Positions 38,606 to 50,974 are shown, numbered from the stretch's first letter. The stretch: DNA of 64,000 nucleotides from Psammoneis japonica (GCA_008632985.1 QPGO01000094.1:168721-232720); one strand, 5' to 3'. The notes: generated from the letters alone by a model not told the origin. Program-made: numbers and translations.

Positions 38606-38733
38606 ATTACCATTCCGTGTACTTTATTACCATTCTGTGTACTTTATTACCATTCTGTGTACTTTATTACCATTCTGTGTACTTTATTACCATTTTGCGT
38701 ACTTTATTACCATTTTGCGTACTTTAATACCAT
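38606..38733. repeat. 20 bp tandem repeat (ATTACCATTCTGTGTACTTT), 6 full units plus a partial unit
   Basis: Units start at 38606, 38626, 38646, 38666, 38686 and 38706. No spacers. Confidence 0.97.
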
Positions 38734-38981
38734 ATGCATTGTGCGTGCGTACTTTGAGTAGTGGATGAGCCGCCTAGCCTCGATAAACAATGCCATCACC
38801 GCGTTTCTCGATGGCAAATGGCAACAAAAAGAACAGCAGCAACGCTTGATCGAACGTAATCATACGACAACAGCACATACGGAACATTTTACATTGCCAT
38901 TGGCTGTACGAGCACAAAAAGCGCCAGTACAACAGCTCGCGTCCTCCGTTGTAGCAGCACAGTACAAAACAAAACCTCAAA

Positions 38982-41900
38982 ATGCCGAGAAAGAAGGCTT
39001 CCGAAAAGATGGTTCGCCTTGACGAGCTTGCACCGGATGGGGATGTTTCCAAGTTGGGAACTGTGTCTTCTATTCTTGCCATTGGAGGTGTCACTCAAGA
39101 TATGTACGATACAATGGAAGATCTTTTTCGTTGCGATGTCAGTGTGAAAGAGAAGAGTAGAATCTATGACAGTCGGAAACAGGAAAGTTGGCCGGTGCAG
39201 TCGTGGGCTTCGGTGGAAGCACACTACAAGCTCAACATGACTGGAGATCTTGTTCACCGATTCAGCGGAAAGCCTGTGTTGTCCCCCAAGGACACCCATG
39301 GTGCTCTGAAAGATCTCTTTGTGGACGACGAGGGAAAACCGATTCAAGACATGTCGATGGAGGATGTCAAAAACAAGCTTGCTGCCGTAAAACAAGTCCC
39401 AAAACTCGCGCTTCTCCCGGAGCTGTGGCCATCTACACGATCCAGAACTATGAAGCGGAGCATTGAAGATGCCGTCAACAACACAAACAACAACCCCAAT
39501 GCCAGCGATAACAACAATGCGGACGGTTCCGTGGGAACTTCGATCAACAATACAACAAACAAAAATACAGAAGACGATCGCAAGCCGGCACCGTCTGCCA
39601 AGGCAAGTCACAGCAACAATAGCAACAATCACAATCAGAATCACAACAACAATTCCAGTGACAATCGGAAATCTGCACCACCCAACAACTACAATGCCGG
39701 TGCTAACAACACCGGGTCGTCGAAATACGCGAACGGATGGAATTCACATGGATCATGGAACAATGGCGAGAACAATAATTTCTCGCATCCACCGCCGCCA
39801 CCGCAAGGGTCGTCGAATCGCCCGCAGCTGCAAGAACACGAGCACGTGGATGGTGAATTTGAAGGCGGTCGCCGTGGCGGAGGTCAACCCATGTACGGAA
39901 TGCCTGGAATGGTCATGTCGACGGCCTATTTCCACCAACAGCAGCAACAACAGACCGAGAAGGACTTGGCCAAGGCGCGATCTGAAGAGAACCAATCTTC
40001 TGCGCTGAATAAACTGGCAGGCCTTGCGGTCAGTGCGAACGAAAAAGCAGAGCAGGAAAAAAACACGAGCGGCAGGAAAAGGAACGCGAATGTCAAGCGA
40101 AGGAGCACGAGCGGCTAAAGAAGGAAGAAGCGGAAGAAAAGCTCGCCAAAGCCGAAAAAGAACTTGCAGAATTGCGAGCCAAGGAAGCTGCCAAGCAGGC
40201 CGCCGAGAAGAAAGAAAGAGACGTTGATACCATGTTGGATGACAAGTTTGCATCCATGGGCCACAAAATCAAGACTGACCTCAAGGATGTTGGCGAAGAC
40301 ATCAAGACCGGTGTGAACAACAAGGTGGAATCAGCGATGGAACGATCCACCAAGAAAATCATTCAGGCGCAAACTCCTCACAAGCAGAAAGCACCACCCA
40401 TGAGCTCGAGTGGTTTTCACCGGGAGTGCCCCGCAATTTGTATGCCTCCGGAGAGAACGCCATGAGTCCCTTGGGCGACGAAACAGATGCTCAAAAGCGG
40501 TCGCGAATGTCCGCGAATGATATTCGGCACGTTATTTTGGCGGAACTGCTCCAAAATTTGCAATCCTTGCTGGAGGACCCCCACTCCATCACCAACTATG
40601 CTGTTGCGAATCAACTTCTCAACATGATGCAGAATTTCACGAATGTACACTGCCGGACCTCGTACTTATACCCCAATGAAGGCGGGGAGGACGTGTGGTC
40701 TCATCTTATTCCGCCTGAGTTGCCAATGAACGCAATCAAGGAGACTAAACATGAATTCTTTGCCGACAAGAGCTGCACGGTTCCTCTCACTGCCGAGATG
40801 GTCACCATGGACAATATCCGACTTTGTTTGGCCTTGGGAGACCAACCAACGGACACCTCCAAGGACTTGATCGTGCCACCAGTTCATGAAGCTACTTCCG
40901 CTGCTGCTGTAGCCGCAATTGCCAACTGCTTGGGTGCAGCAACCAGTGGAGACTCTCCGCTGCCAGTACAGGCCTGTTTCAATGCGGATGGTTCTCTTGA
41001 TATGCTTCTTGGACTTGCTGTCTCTCCCAAGGATGCAGCTATGTCTGCGTCAATGTCCCAAGCCAGTAGTAATGCATCATCTTCGTCGAGTTGGATCAGT
41101 GGCATGGACGAGTCAACCGTGTTTGACTGCCCTCGGAAGAAGACGGCAGCCGGCAGAGAACAATTCATCACCAATGTTGCTCCAGCCATTGGATTGAAAG
41201 GGTTCTTGTCTCTTAGTGGAGATTCTGCAAACCACGCTTTTCAATTGGATATTGCGTGCCGGGATGCCAGTGCAGCATCTGATCTGCTCCGGCATTTGAT
41301 TCCACGCTTGGCTGTGCTCAATCTTACAGCTTTGACCTTTGCGACATCAGCACGGGGTTCCCGGGGGTACGGAACATTGAGCATGCCGCATGATGGTCTT
41401 ATCGAACTCATGTCCAGCAAGTCGTTGCAGCAGTTTGAGATATAGCGCGCCGCAATTGGCAAGGATGAGATTCTCATTCTCAAGATGTGCCGATTCCGAT
41501 TGTGCTTTACGAATTGCCTTCTTCTCGGCAACTCCTGCTTTTTTGCCAAGGATGACGATGATTCGGAACGCAGTTCCAGTGACCAAGCCCCGCTGTCTAT
41601 TGTCGTCAAGGATCAGGAGGAACACCTGTCTTTTCTTTTGGCAGATCTTGCTCGAGCTGTCAACGCGGGAAAGATTGCTGTTGTTGAGTTGTCGAGTTGC
41701 AAAGCCGACGGCAAAGATGCAGGCTTTGCAGAGAATTTGTACGAGCTCTACAAGCCTTTGGCGCCGAACAACCTTGTGATTTCTGGGTTGACTGCCGACA
41801 ATGTCACCCTTGAAGGTGTCACTGGCAACTTCAAGGATGGTAACATTGTCCAGTACCTTGCCAAGCGGCTGATTGGAGAACTCCTATCGCAGGATCCGTT

Positions 41901-43014
41901 GGATATTAAGAAGGCGTCAGCCATTTACAACAAGGAGAAAAAGCGCTTCACAACGACCGCTATGAAGGCTTCGTTGGGAAAATTGCTTGGACCCGCCATT
42001 GACTACGACAAGACGATCGCCAAGGACAAGTTTCCTGGGTTGGAAGACGCATTTGAAAAGCCGCAAGCAAAATCGGCGCCAGTTTCGGACGAGAACGAGA
42101 ACGAAAACAAGTCGATCAAGTCCGGAACCAGCACGCAGTCGTCTGGCACAAAGGCCCACTCTACATTCAAATCAGCTGATCACGACGCCAACAAGCCGTT
42201 GAAGAGCGACTCACTTTCCACCTCCAAAGAATCTAGTCCCTCTGGTGCAGAATCTGGTACCAAGGCCGCGGCTAAGATGATGCCGTGTGGTCCAAAGGCA
42301 AGCGAGTCCAAGAAAGAATCATCGACGACTCTCCTCAGCGAGTCTCAATTGTCTATCAACAAACCCGACGCGAAGACGCTGGAGACCAAACCCGGCAAGG
42401 CGGAAAAGACAGCCGACTGCAAGTCGGAGGTGTCAGTCGAAAAGGAAAATGTCGAGAACAAATCCGATTCCAAGGATGGAAAGTCGGATGCAAACAACAA
42501 AATGCGAGCCACGAAGTCGACGGACGAAACTGAGAATGAGAACAAGCCCCCCTTCAAGGATGGAAAAGGGTCTGGAAAGGACGTCGCGAATGGTGGATCG
42601 GAGGAGCAATCCGATTTGATGGGTGTGAACAACCTAAACGACGACACCCGTTCGGAGACTGCCAGCGCACCTGCTCCCGTGGCAGCCTTGCCGGATCTGA
42701 ACAATCCCGATTTCAAATTCTTTCCACGAGGGTTTCTCCCCGAAAAGGTTTATTACGGTGCCGGCACGAAGAAGAAAAAGCCAGTGGCCAGTCGAGCTCT
42801 AACCCCCGAATGCTTGATTGACATGGGTGGGAACCAAGTTGCCATTCGTATCCCGTATGTCAACAAGAATCGCTCCAAGGGAAAGACAGCGAAAGAGGAT
42901 TGGCAGCGCTGCATTAATTGTGACCGACTGTTGGTGCAAGCGGAGAATGGACGCTACTGCGCCACGCACAACGATGCCGCTACGGAGCTCAAGTTTGAAA
43001 TGAAGAATGATTGA
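38982..43014 (+). pseudogene. Intronless ~1340-codon ORF broken by two -1 frameshifts and one in-frame TAG; unknown protein
   Basis: Track ORFs 38982-40118, 40172-40465, 40426-41445 and 41485-43014 join via shifts at the A7 run 40057-40063 and probably the T4 run 40414-40417. TAG 41443-41445 is followed in frame by the 41485 ORF. Asn-rich, coiled-coil and K/S/E-rich segments, with a terminal CxxC...CxxH. Confidence 0.7.
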
Positions 43015-43279
43015 GCAGTACGGCACAGGGCCGATGTCACTTTTGTTGCGGTGACTGGGAGAATAGTTGCAGATCATGTTTGTTGGCCACAGAAGAAGGG
43101 TCAATAGCGGTAGAAGTAATATTGCATTATTGTTGCACATGTTGCAACGAATGAAACAGCTCAAAATATTAGGAAATCAAAATTGTTGGCACGTAGCTTT
43201 TCTTTGCTGTCCTAAACCATTAGCTAGTAGCATGTGTGCTTTCGCTGGAGTACAAGTCAAACTGATCTACAGCATTACG

Positions 43280-44090
43280 CTACTGATAGGAGCATAGGAA
43301 GATCGTCTCATAGCCTTCCGCATGTCGCACACTCTGCCGGACAAAGTAGTATTCCATGAATTCCGCCATCAGCGTTGCGCTGACAATGAGAATCAACGCG
43401 ACGGCAGCCCATCCGTAGGCCCAACCAATATTCCCTTGCGGGAGGATGTTGTTGTTATACGACCTCGTGGTAGAGTCCTCTTTCTTTTGATAATGTGTTT
43501 GCTGGTGCACTACTAGGCTACGAATGTGATATAGCGGCACGGCAATTCCAAATCCCAAAAGGACAGTCACCCCAATCTGAAGTACTAATCCCACTGTTGG
43601 GGATGATGTTACGTTGAGCAATAGAACTGCCAAGCCATAGCATGCGACAATCGTTACGGCATACAATCGTATCACAAGCCGTTTCCGTTGTCGTTCTGTA
43701 CTCGCAGGATGCGAGTACCATTGGCCACCAGCCAGCACCAGTCCGAGAATTGTACCAATCGACAAGAACACCGTCAAACCACCCGCTCGGTTTTCTGGCG
43801 GTGTCCCTTGGGATGCGTCACGATAATAAGCTCCCAAGATCCGTTCCAAGGTTCGGACACAATATGAACTCGTGTGTGCCAACGCCACCATCCAAAAGGT
43901 GCCACTTTTCAAAACATGCCGCAACGACGGAACCAAGTGCGTGTGAATGAGCAATAATATTGTCTGTACCAATGTTTGCAACACTCGTCGTGTGGATTGT
44001 TGTGGTCGCCGTTGTCCTTGTGGTTGTAAAATATGTTGCAATGCCATCCAATGTTGAGGATCTACAGGATTGGCAGGACAATTCATGGCA
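43280..44090 (-). pseudogene. Fragment of an MFS-like membrane transporter gene
   Basis: Hydrophobic helices (GGLTVFLSIGTILGLVLAGG; IGVTVLLGFGIAVPLY; GWAYGWAAVALILIVSATLM). No N-terminal half; apparent internal deletions. Confidence 0.6.
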
Positions 44091-44119
44091 TGCGGGGCAT
44101 CGGCAGTCCAATGTCCATT

Positions 44120-44240
44120 GCATTGTAAGCACTGCTAAAGTACTTTCCACTAAGAATACCTCCCGCCAATGGATTGTAGGAATAAAATTGAATAGTGCAT
44201 TTTCTCAGAGCCGTAAAGAGGTCGGAGAAATAGACATTGT
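44120..44240 (-). pseudogene. Short aldo-keto reductase (AKR7-like) fragment
   Basis: DLFTALRKCTIQFYSYNPLAGGILSGKY motif only. Confidence 0.7.
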
Positions 44241-44479
44241 CGACCGGACGAGGCCTGGGGGTAGGCTTTACGACTGAGTATATTAGGAGTGCAGCTTCCT
44301 GTAGCAATGAAGGGACGGGGGTTAGGACGACCAGCGTTGAATATTCTTATACTTTCTTCCTTCCCTCCTTTGCAAATAGATAAGCGCGTGACTTACCCAG
44401 GCGATAGCGGGAGCACATGTAGAATTCAAGAGCCAACAGAAAAAAAGATAAATACCAAACAGGTCCTCTATCATTTTGT

Positions 44480-45300
44480 ATCACACAAGAGAGCGACGCA
44501 TCTGTCTGAATCATATATTGGACACTGGTCTTCCGGTGGGCGATCGCACTTCTCTCCCAAGACCAGAAATCGCACCCACAGTCAGGCTGTGATCTAAACC
44601 AAAAGGATTGCCCATGCACTCCACCGACTGCCCACGGCAATGGAAACAATTCTGACACGGGTGCGTCCACCTTGAGCACCGCTACATCTTTGCCGGGATC
44701 AACCATTGGCCTTGAAACACTACGTTTGTAATCCAATTTGCCTGCTACTGGAAACATGGATATATAATGTAAAACATCATTATCCGATACATCGCTTGGC
44801 TTGTACCCCCAAGATTCTGCTGCCTTTCGCCGCTCCCTCGCTAGTTTGCCCTTGATTATACTTTTTGGTTTTAGAATGGCAACCTGCGCTGTTTGTGCGT
44901 TCCGGACAACGTGATAATTTGTTACGATATGCCCTTTTTCATCCCAGACAAAGCCACTTCCAGCTCCTAATGGAACTTCCATCCTGAGAGTGTTGCATCC
45001 GAGTGCGAATAGAGAGATGATGTACCGGCAAGGTTTTTGCCAATACAAGCTTGCGTTACATTTCCTCAACTCAAAGTAGCAATCCAGAATAAGCGCAATA
45101 CACTCTTACACATTGGGAGAAAAGGCATCTCGTTTTTCCGAAAATGTATCAATGTAAACAACAGACGGCGGCGTTCGCTCAAAGAGTTCAACACGTTGCT
45201 CTTCTCCGGTGTCACAAACAGCCGATGATGATGGTAACGCTGCATTCCGTTGCGGGTCATTTTCGACACACGTCTGTAGAACAACCTTATCATCTGCTTT
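44480..45300 (-). pseudogene. Deg/HtrA serine protease pseudogene fragment
   Basis: EEQRVELFERTPPS...[53 protein letters not shown], frameshifted [19 protein letters not shown]. Truncated before the catalytic GNSGG. Confidence 0.85.
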
Positions 45301-45719
45301 TTGCGTGATGGTGCCGCAATGAGAATTGATTCCAAAATGGATATAGAATACATTTCATTCATAAAGTGCTTGTAGTAGTTCTTGGAAACGATGCCCCATA
45401 CACTTTGCAAGTTTAACTCGTTGTCGATCGTGGTGAATTGAAACAAAACACGACACAGGCGTTGCTTGCAGCTGTGAAGTGACTGCAAGCGCCGAAAGCA
45501 GCACCAAATTAAATTTGCACCCTTTCATCATTCGTTTGTTGATTTTGTGAATGCTTGAGCGCCAACGTGGAGATACATAGAGACTTTTAAAGCAGCAATC
45601 ACCTTCGATCTTCGAAGATAGACTGAAGACAAGGCCGTGATGATGATATGAATACTGTATTAATACAAGTGCGATTTCCGCGAGTAGGAGAAGGCGTCGT
45701 CAGATCACAAAACTGACCC

Positions 45720-46750
45720 GGATGTTAAAGTGTGAAGAACTGACAACTGCACAAGCACCCAATCACTCAATGAGGACAAGGAACATCAGAAGCAAAGTGC
45801 AACATGCTGACAAGGAGCTTGTGCAGAAACAGAGTGTCCAGCCACAGCACCAGTGGCTGCAAGAGGCACACCAGAGCAAGGACAAGCAAGACAAAAAACA
45901 GAGAGCACCTCTGGCTGTGTTTTAGAGCAGCAAGCAACCAGAGCAACAACAAAAAGAAAAGAGGAAAAGAGGAACAGAAAGAAGAGCAAAATTCAGGCGT
46001 TTTGTGTTGGCAAAAAGTTTGGGAAGGTGCAGCATCTGAGGCAGCCAGACATGATCTCTAAAGGCTCATGTTTGTGACATGATGACATGACGAGCGAAAT
46101 CATCAAGAAGCTGCGTGAAGAGAAGCAAGTTAACTTGGCACAACCTTGGCCAGGGTGGCAGCTTGAGAATGCACACAGTTGCCTGCAAGGCATGAAGCAG
46201 CACAGAAAAAGCAACATGGATTTTAAAGTGGGGTGAGCTGATGACTTTTCACAAGCGCCACAACCACGAAAGGCAGCTGTGTAGAAAAAGCCACGGTGGT
46301 GCCACACGCCAGCTCTCACAGAGAGCACTGTGTGCTGCATCTTGAAGAAACAGGTGGGAGGGATGAACAACAAGATGATGCCAAAAAGGAAAATTGCAAT
46401 GCTGTTTCAGGTGACAAAAGCAAGCAGTTGAGATGTTCTGCAGCACAACCCAACAAGAGCTCATTGCTGCTCCCACAGGCCAGCCAAGAAATCTCTGCAC
46501 GATGTTGTCCATGACCAAGCAGCACCCTGCAAAGTGTTTTCAGCACCAATTTGGGGTGTGGCCCAGTTGTTGTGTTAAGAGCTGCCTCAGCAGAAAGAGC
46601 TGCTTCAATGCTTTGCTGAATCTCCAAGCATGTGAAAGGGCTGGACCTTGCTGAGGATGTTTCTCTGCTGCTGTGTTCAGCTTCTGTCAAATGAGAGCAC
46701 AAGCATGTGCTCCATGACCTCTTCACAGAGCTGGAAAATCATCTTACAGC
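45720..46750. other. Second TA/CG-depleted island, unclassified relic
   Basis: Abrupt switch to CA/TG-rich sequence at ~45720. Confidence 0.6.
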
Positions 46751-47298
46751 AGGGCCCTGCACAGAAGATGTGCGAGGCAGGAGGCAAGGAGTGAGATGCT
46801 GTCTGACTGCATGTTGCACTTTAGCTCTAGCTAGAAAAGGTTACCTTCATGAGATAGAGAAGAATGCAATGGAAAATGGAAACTGCAGCTGGTGGCTGGG
46901 TCAAGGATTTATGGCAGTCCTTGAGCTGGGTCATGTGCTTTTCGATTGATGGTACGCGCAGCGTCTCGTGCATGTGCTTTTGGCAGCTAAAGGTACTCTT
47001 CTGGCTAACATGGCTATCCCCATTCGAAAAGATGATCATCGTGCATAATTCAAAATGAATTTGTTTAGCCTACAAAATATAGGTACACATTCCTCCAAAA
47101 ACCTTATGAGTCACTAACAATTTTGGCCAAGTGGACAAAGTCCACAATCTTGAACTCTTCACTTGAATCTTTCAGAATCGCATCCGTTCCATCAACGCAC
47201 ACTAGTTCACCCTCGACACCAACGTCCGCACCACCCGTGACCAATACCATATCGTGTTCCTTCGGTGGAATCATCGCCAATTCCCCTACGTTTACCGA
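46751..47298. repeat. Direct duplication, copy 2 (partner 13195-13761)
   Basis: See copy 1. Includes the functional SPT5 stop codon. Confidence 0.95.
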
Positions 47299-50200
47299 TC
47301 TTGTTGTCTTGTCCTCCAATTCAACTACGGCCGTCTTCTCCGAGGTAATTTCCTTTATGACAGACACTGCACCACCATCTTTGATCTCCACGCAAACGCG
47401 CTCCATGAACCAAACAACAGTTTCGACAGGTTCGCTAATGCCTTCAGTTTCCATCTGGTTGTCCTCTTGCTTCAAGTTAGATGCGACAGAGCGACCCGTG
47501 GAGAAAGCGTCCTGAGTATCGGCTCCTGCATTAATCGGTGTCGCAGATATCTCCTGGTTGTTGTGTGCAGGAGAAGGAGCCCACGTGCTTTCGGACTGGG
47601 CATTGGAGCCCCACGCACCGGCTTTGAAACAAGATGAATAATGATTACGAATGAGTTCAACCCGTCACTGGCACAAACGCAACGACAAAATAGAAAAGGT
47701 GCATTCTCAAACGCAACGACAAAATAGAAAAGGTGCATTCTCACCATTATCCGTTCCTGCTGGCGGAGACGCCCCAAATGGATCAGACTTGCCTGCCGTA
47801 TCCGAAGATCCCCATGGATCGTTCCCGGTGTCAGATTCATTCAAGGAAGTTTGATCTTGGTCGCCCGGTCTCCATACTTCCTCGCCTCTGAATTATAGTT
47901 TCACGCAAAAATCGTTAAAAAGAGTGAGAAAAGAAAACAATTACCCTTGGATACAAGAGGGGAGATAATGAACACGTACCCAACACCATCATGCATAGGT
48001 GTAGCGCCTCCGTGCATTGGAGTTGCACCCCCGTGCATTGGTGTGGCGCCACCGTGCATTGGGGTTGCTCCGCCTCCAATAAATGGCGTCGTTGGAGCCA
48101 TCGAAGAGGTGACGCCGCCCATGTTCGTGCTAGTCGGGTCTTCGGTCGCACCAAACTTGTCGCCGACAACCATCACACGTTCGCGGACCACCATCACCTT
48201 CTTTAGTCGGGAGTGCAGCTCAACCTGGACATGGGTGGCTGTTGTATCTGAAACCGCACCGATGTATCCCTTCCACTGTCCAGCCTTGATACGAACCGTC
48301 TTCCCAACAAGAACGTCATCTCGTTTACCTGTAGAAACAAAACCAACAGGTGAGAATCGCCAGCACACGCATCGTAAGGTTTACATGCACCGCGGCATAT
48401 CTTACCTCGGCCTCCCATAGGCCCACTGCTAGCGCCAAAAGAGCTCGTGCTATTCATATTCTGATTGCCTGGTCGATTCTGAGACCCGGAACCAGCTAGC
48501 ACACAACTTCGGCTGCGGACCACAAAAATCCCAGCGTGTTCTGAACGCGTCTGCGAGTACAGGAACAGCTGGGCACGATTCATGCGCTTGATGGTGGCAG
48601 TCTTCCCCTTATGAGGGCCTTCTGCGACATTAACGGCATCGCCAACTCGGATTTGATTGCCCTGCACGTCGAGAGCGACACCACGGTTTGAGCTTGTGTT
48701 TCGTTTGCCACGCAGTTCTTCCGGTCGGACTTCTCTGATAATGCCATGGTTGTTCATCACAGTGAAATCTTCGCGTCCAACACGAACAATAACACCAACT
48801 TCATTGGCAGATCCGCCACCACTCAGGACAACGAGATCGTGAAGCTCGTATCCTGCTAGTTTATCTTGGCCCGAAGCCACCTCTGCAGACTCTCGCAGCT
48901 GCGAAATTCGCACTACAGCGGAAGAGATAAACAAAGGATCAGCGGATGCACGGCACACCCACAAATTGACGACACCAAAGTCGGAAGCTTACCTGACACT
49001 TCCTTGTTTGTTACGTCGGTAAGAATTACAGCGGTGGAATCCAGTTCACCCTCCAGCTGCTCCACGGCAACGACAGTGCCAGTTTCGTTTGCGTAACGAC
49101 CGTCTGTCACCTTTACATGCGCGCCTACAGGGATGTGTTTGCGCACCTGGGAGGCGAGAAACTCTACCTCATTCGTGTCACCAAGATCGATAGTATTGTT
49201 GGTTGGCATGACCTTCAAGGTAGAGCCTTCGATACTAACAAGCTTGCCTTGCATGCCAACCAAATCACCCTCAATGACTTCCACTTTATCTCCAATCATA
49301 AGTCCACCGCCTTGGGTTTCCGTTGCCGCAGTCTTGCCCTGCAAGTCTGACAATTCGTCTAATAACGATGCAGCCATCTTCGACCCTTCGTTTTCGTTTC
49401 CGTCATCATAGCGATCCAGCTGCTGTCGCCGGAACCGCTGGAGCTCATCAAGCGTGGGAGGGTCTTCCTCTGAGCACGGTTTAATCATGGATCCCACAGT
49501 TACTTCCTTGAGGAGATATCCGTCATGGTAATAGTTTCCCTCAAAGTAGTCACAAAACAAATCCAGCGAACGCAAGCGTTGACGTGTGGCTGGGATATTA
49601 GCTGCAGCCAAATCCTGAGGATTGAAAAACTTTTGAGGTGGGCGCACAGTCCTGCGTCTAACCCTAGCCTCTTCGGGCGACAAGTCAGACAAGGTCAAAT
49701 CCAATCGAGGAACGCATTGTATGATACACTTGAGACCTGAGCTCAGAACAGTTCGTACTAGAGCCAGGTCACCCTTGTAGTGTCCTCGGGTCATTCGTAC
49801 CCATTCGTTGCTCTTGACTACAGCACGCAAACAGAGTAGTGCAAGGTCGAAGTCAGGAGAGCGATCAGATGACAACAAAAATACCGCGCGAGTAGCCAAT
49901 AAAAATTCATACCTGGTTTCTTCTTCGGAACGACGGTCATTACTGTAGTCATGTCCGTAATTGGTACAAGAGTCATCGTGTACTGCATCAGCCCACGGAT
50001 GCCTTGAATGGCTTCCAGAACAGCAGGTTCACTGTATGATTCAATGTAGATTTTGCCTTTGGTTTGTACCGCGATTGCCGCTGTGATACCAAGAACCCGT
50101 TCCGCCCTTGCGAACGAAGTGCATTTGTTCATAATCTGGAACACTAATTCATCCTCTTTTCCATTCGCGCAAGATACCATCCAGAGACTTGGATCCGAGA

Positions 50201-50974
50201 CTGAGGGGACGAGGCTTTGCTGAGATACAGCTGAGTGACTCGCATCAATTGGTCCCTCGACCACGTCTTCAGCATGATCAATGACCGATGTGTGGACAGT
50301 TCTTCTAGCCATTCTGTGTCTTTCTTCGATCTCCCTTGCCATTTCAGCGACCGATCGCTGCGAAGAACCAAACCTCCCACCCGCTTGAGCACGGCGGCGA
50401 TCCTGGAGTCGAATAAGTTCCTGTGCATCTTCGTCAAGCTGCTCTCTCTGAATATCTTCTTCTGTGTAATGTTTGCGCACCACGTCGTCTGGATCGTGAT
50501 GCGTACCATACGGTTCGTCGTCCTCTTCTTCACTTCCAGATGCTTCTGCTTCCTCGTCGAAAAAGGAACTGGTTTTCGCTTTCTTTCGCTGTGAGCCACC
50601 GCTATCCGACGCTTTTCTTTTTTGTTGGGAAGACTTGTCCTCCTCCTCCTCTTCGTCCTCCTCATCGTCCTCGTCGTCTGAAGAAGACAGCGTCGCCCCA
50701 ATTCCCTCCGGAGCAACCTGCTGTTTTTCCTTTTCCTCCTCGTCGGAAGAGTCGTCTTCGTCCGACGAATCAAAGAGTTCTTGTTGATCGGGACGCAAAA
50801 ACTTTCCCGGACGTAGGAATTTTCCTGTAGCACTGTCCCAAGAAAAGAAAATTGAAGGAGTGGAAACGAAGCGTGAGGAAAAACATGCTGTGCAAGTCAA
50901 CCGGTGGTGAATGAAAGCCCTCGACACACATGCAAGCTTTCTTGAAGAGCCTTTGACCCATCTACTTACGACAT
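47104..50974 (-). CDS. SPT5: Transcription elongation factor SPT5, multi-exon
   Basis: Acidic N-terminus with FFDEEAE, NGN domain (LVPSVSDPSLWMVSC..GKEDEL), KOW domains (WVRMTRGHYKGDLA; GKTVRIKAGQWKGYIG), and CTR repeats GGATPMH. Inferred micro first exon ATGTC|GTAAG at 50974. Confidence 0.95.
47990..48075 (-). repeat. SPT5 CTR coding repeat, 4 x GGATPMH (21 bp)
   Basis: Translated repeat in track ORF 47901-48368. Confidence 0.9.

Noticed and set aside
38606..38733. CRISPR array or telomeric repeat
   Set aside because: Units are contiguous with no spacers, there are no cas genes, the context is eukaryotic, and the unit is not TTAGGG-like.
40057..40063. Programmed -1 frameshift as a firm call
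   Set aside because: The heptamer is canonical, but the same ORF has a second non-canonical shift and a stop. Decay or sequencing error is simpler.
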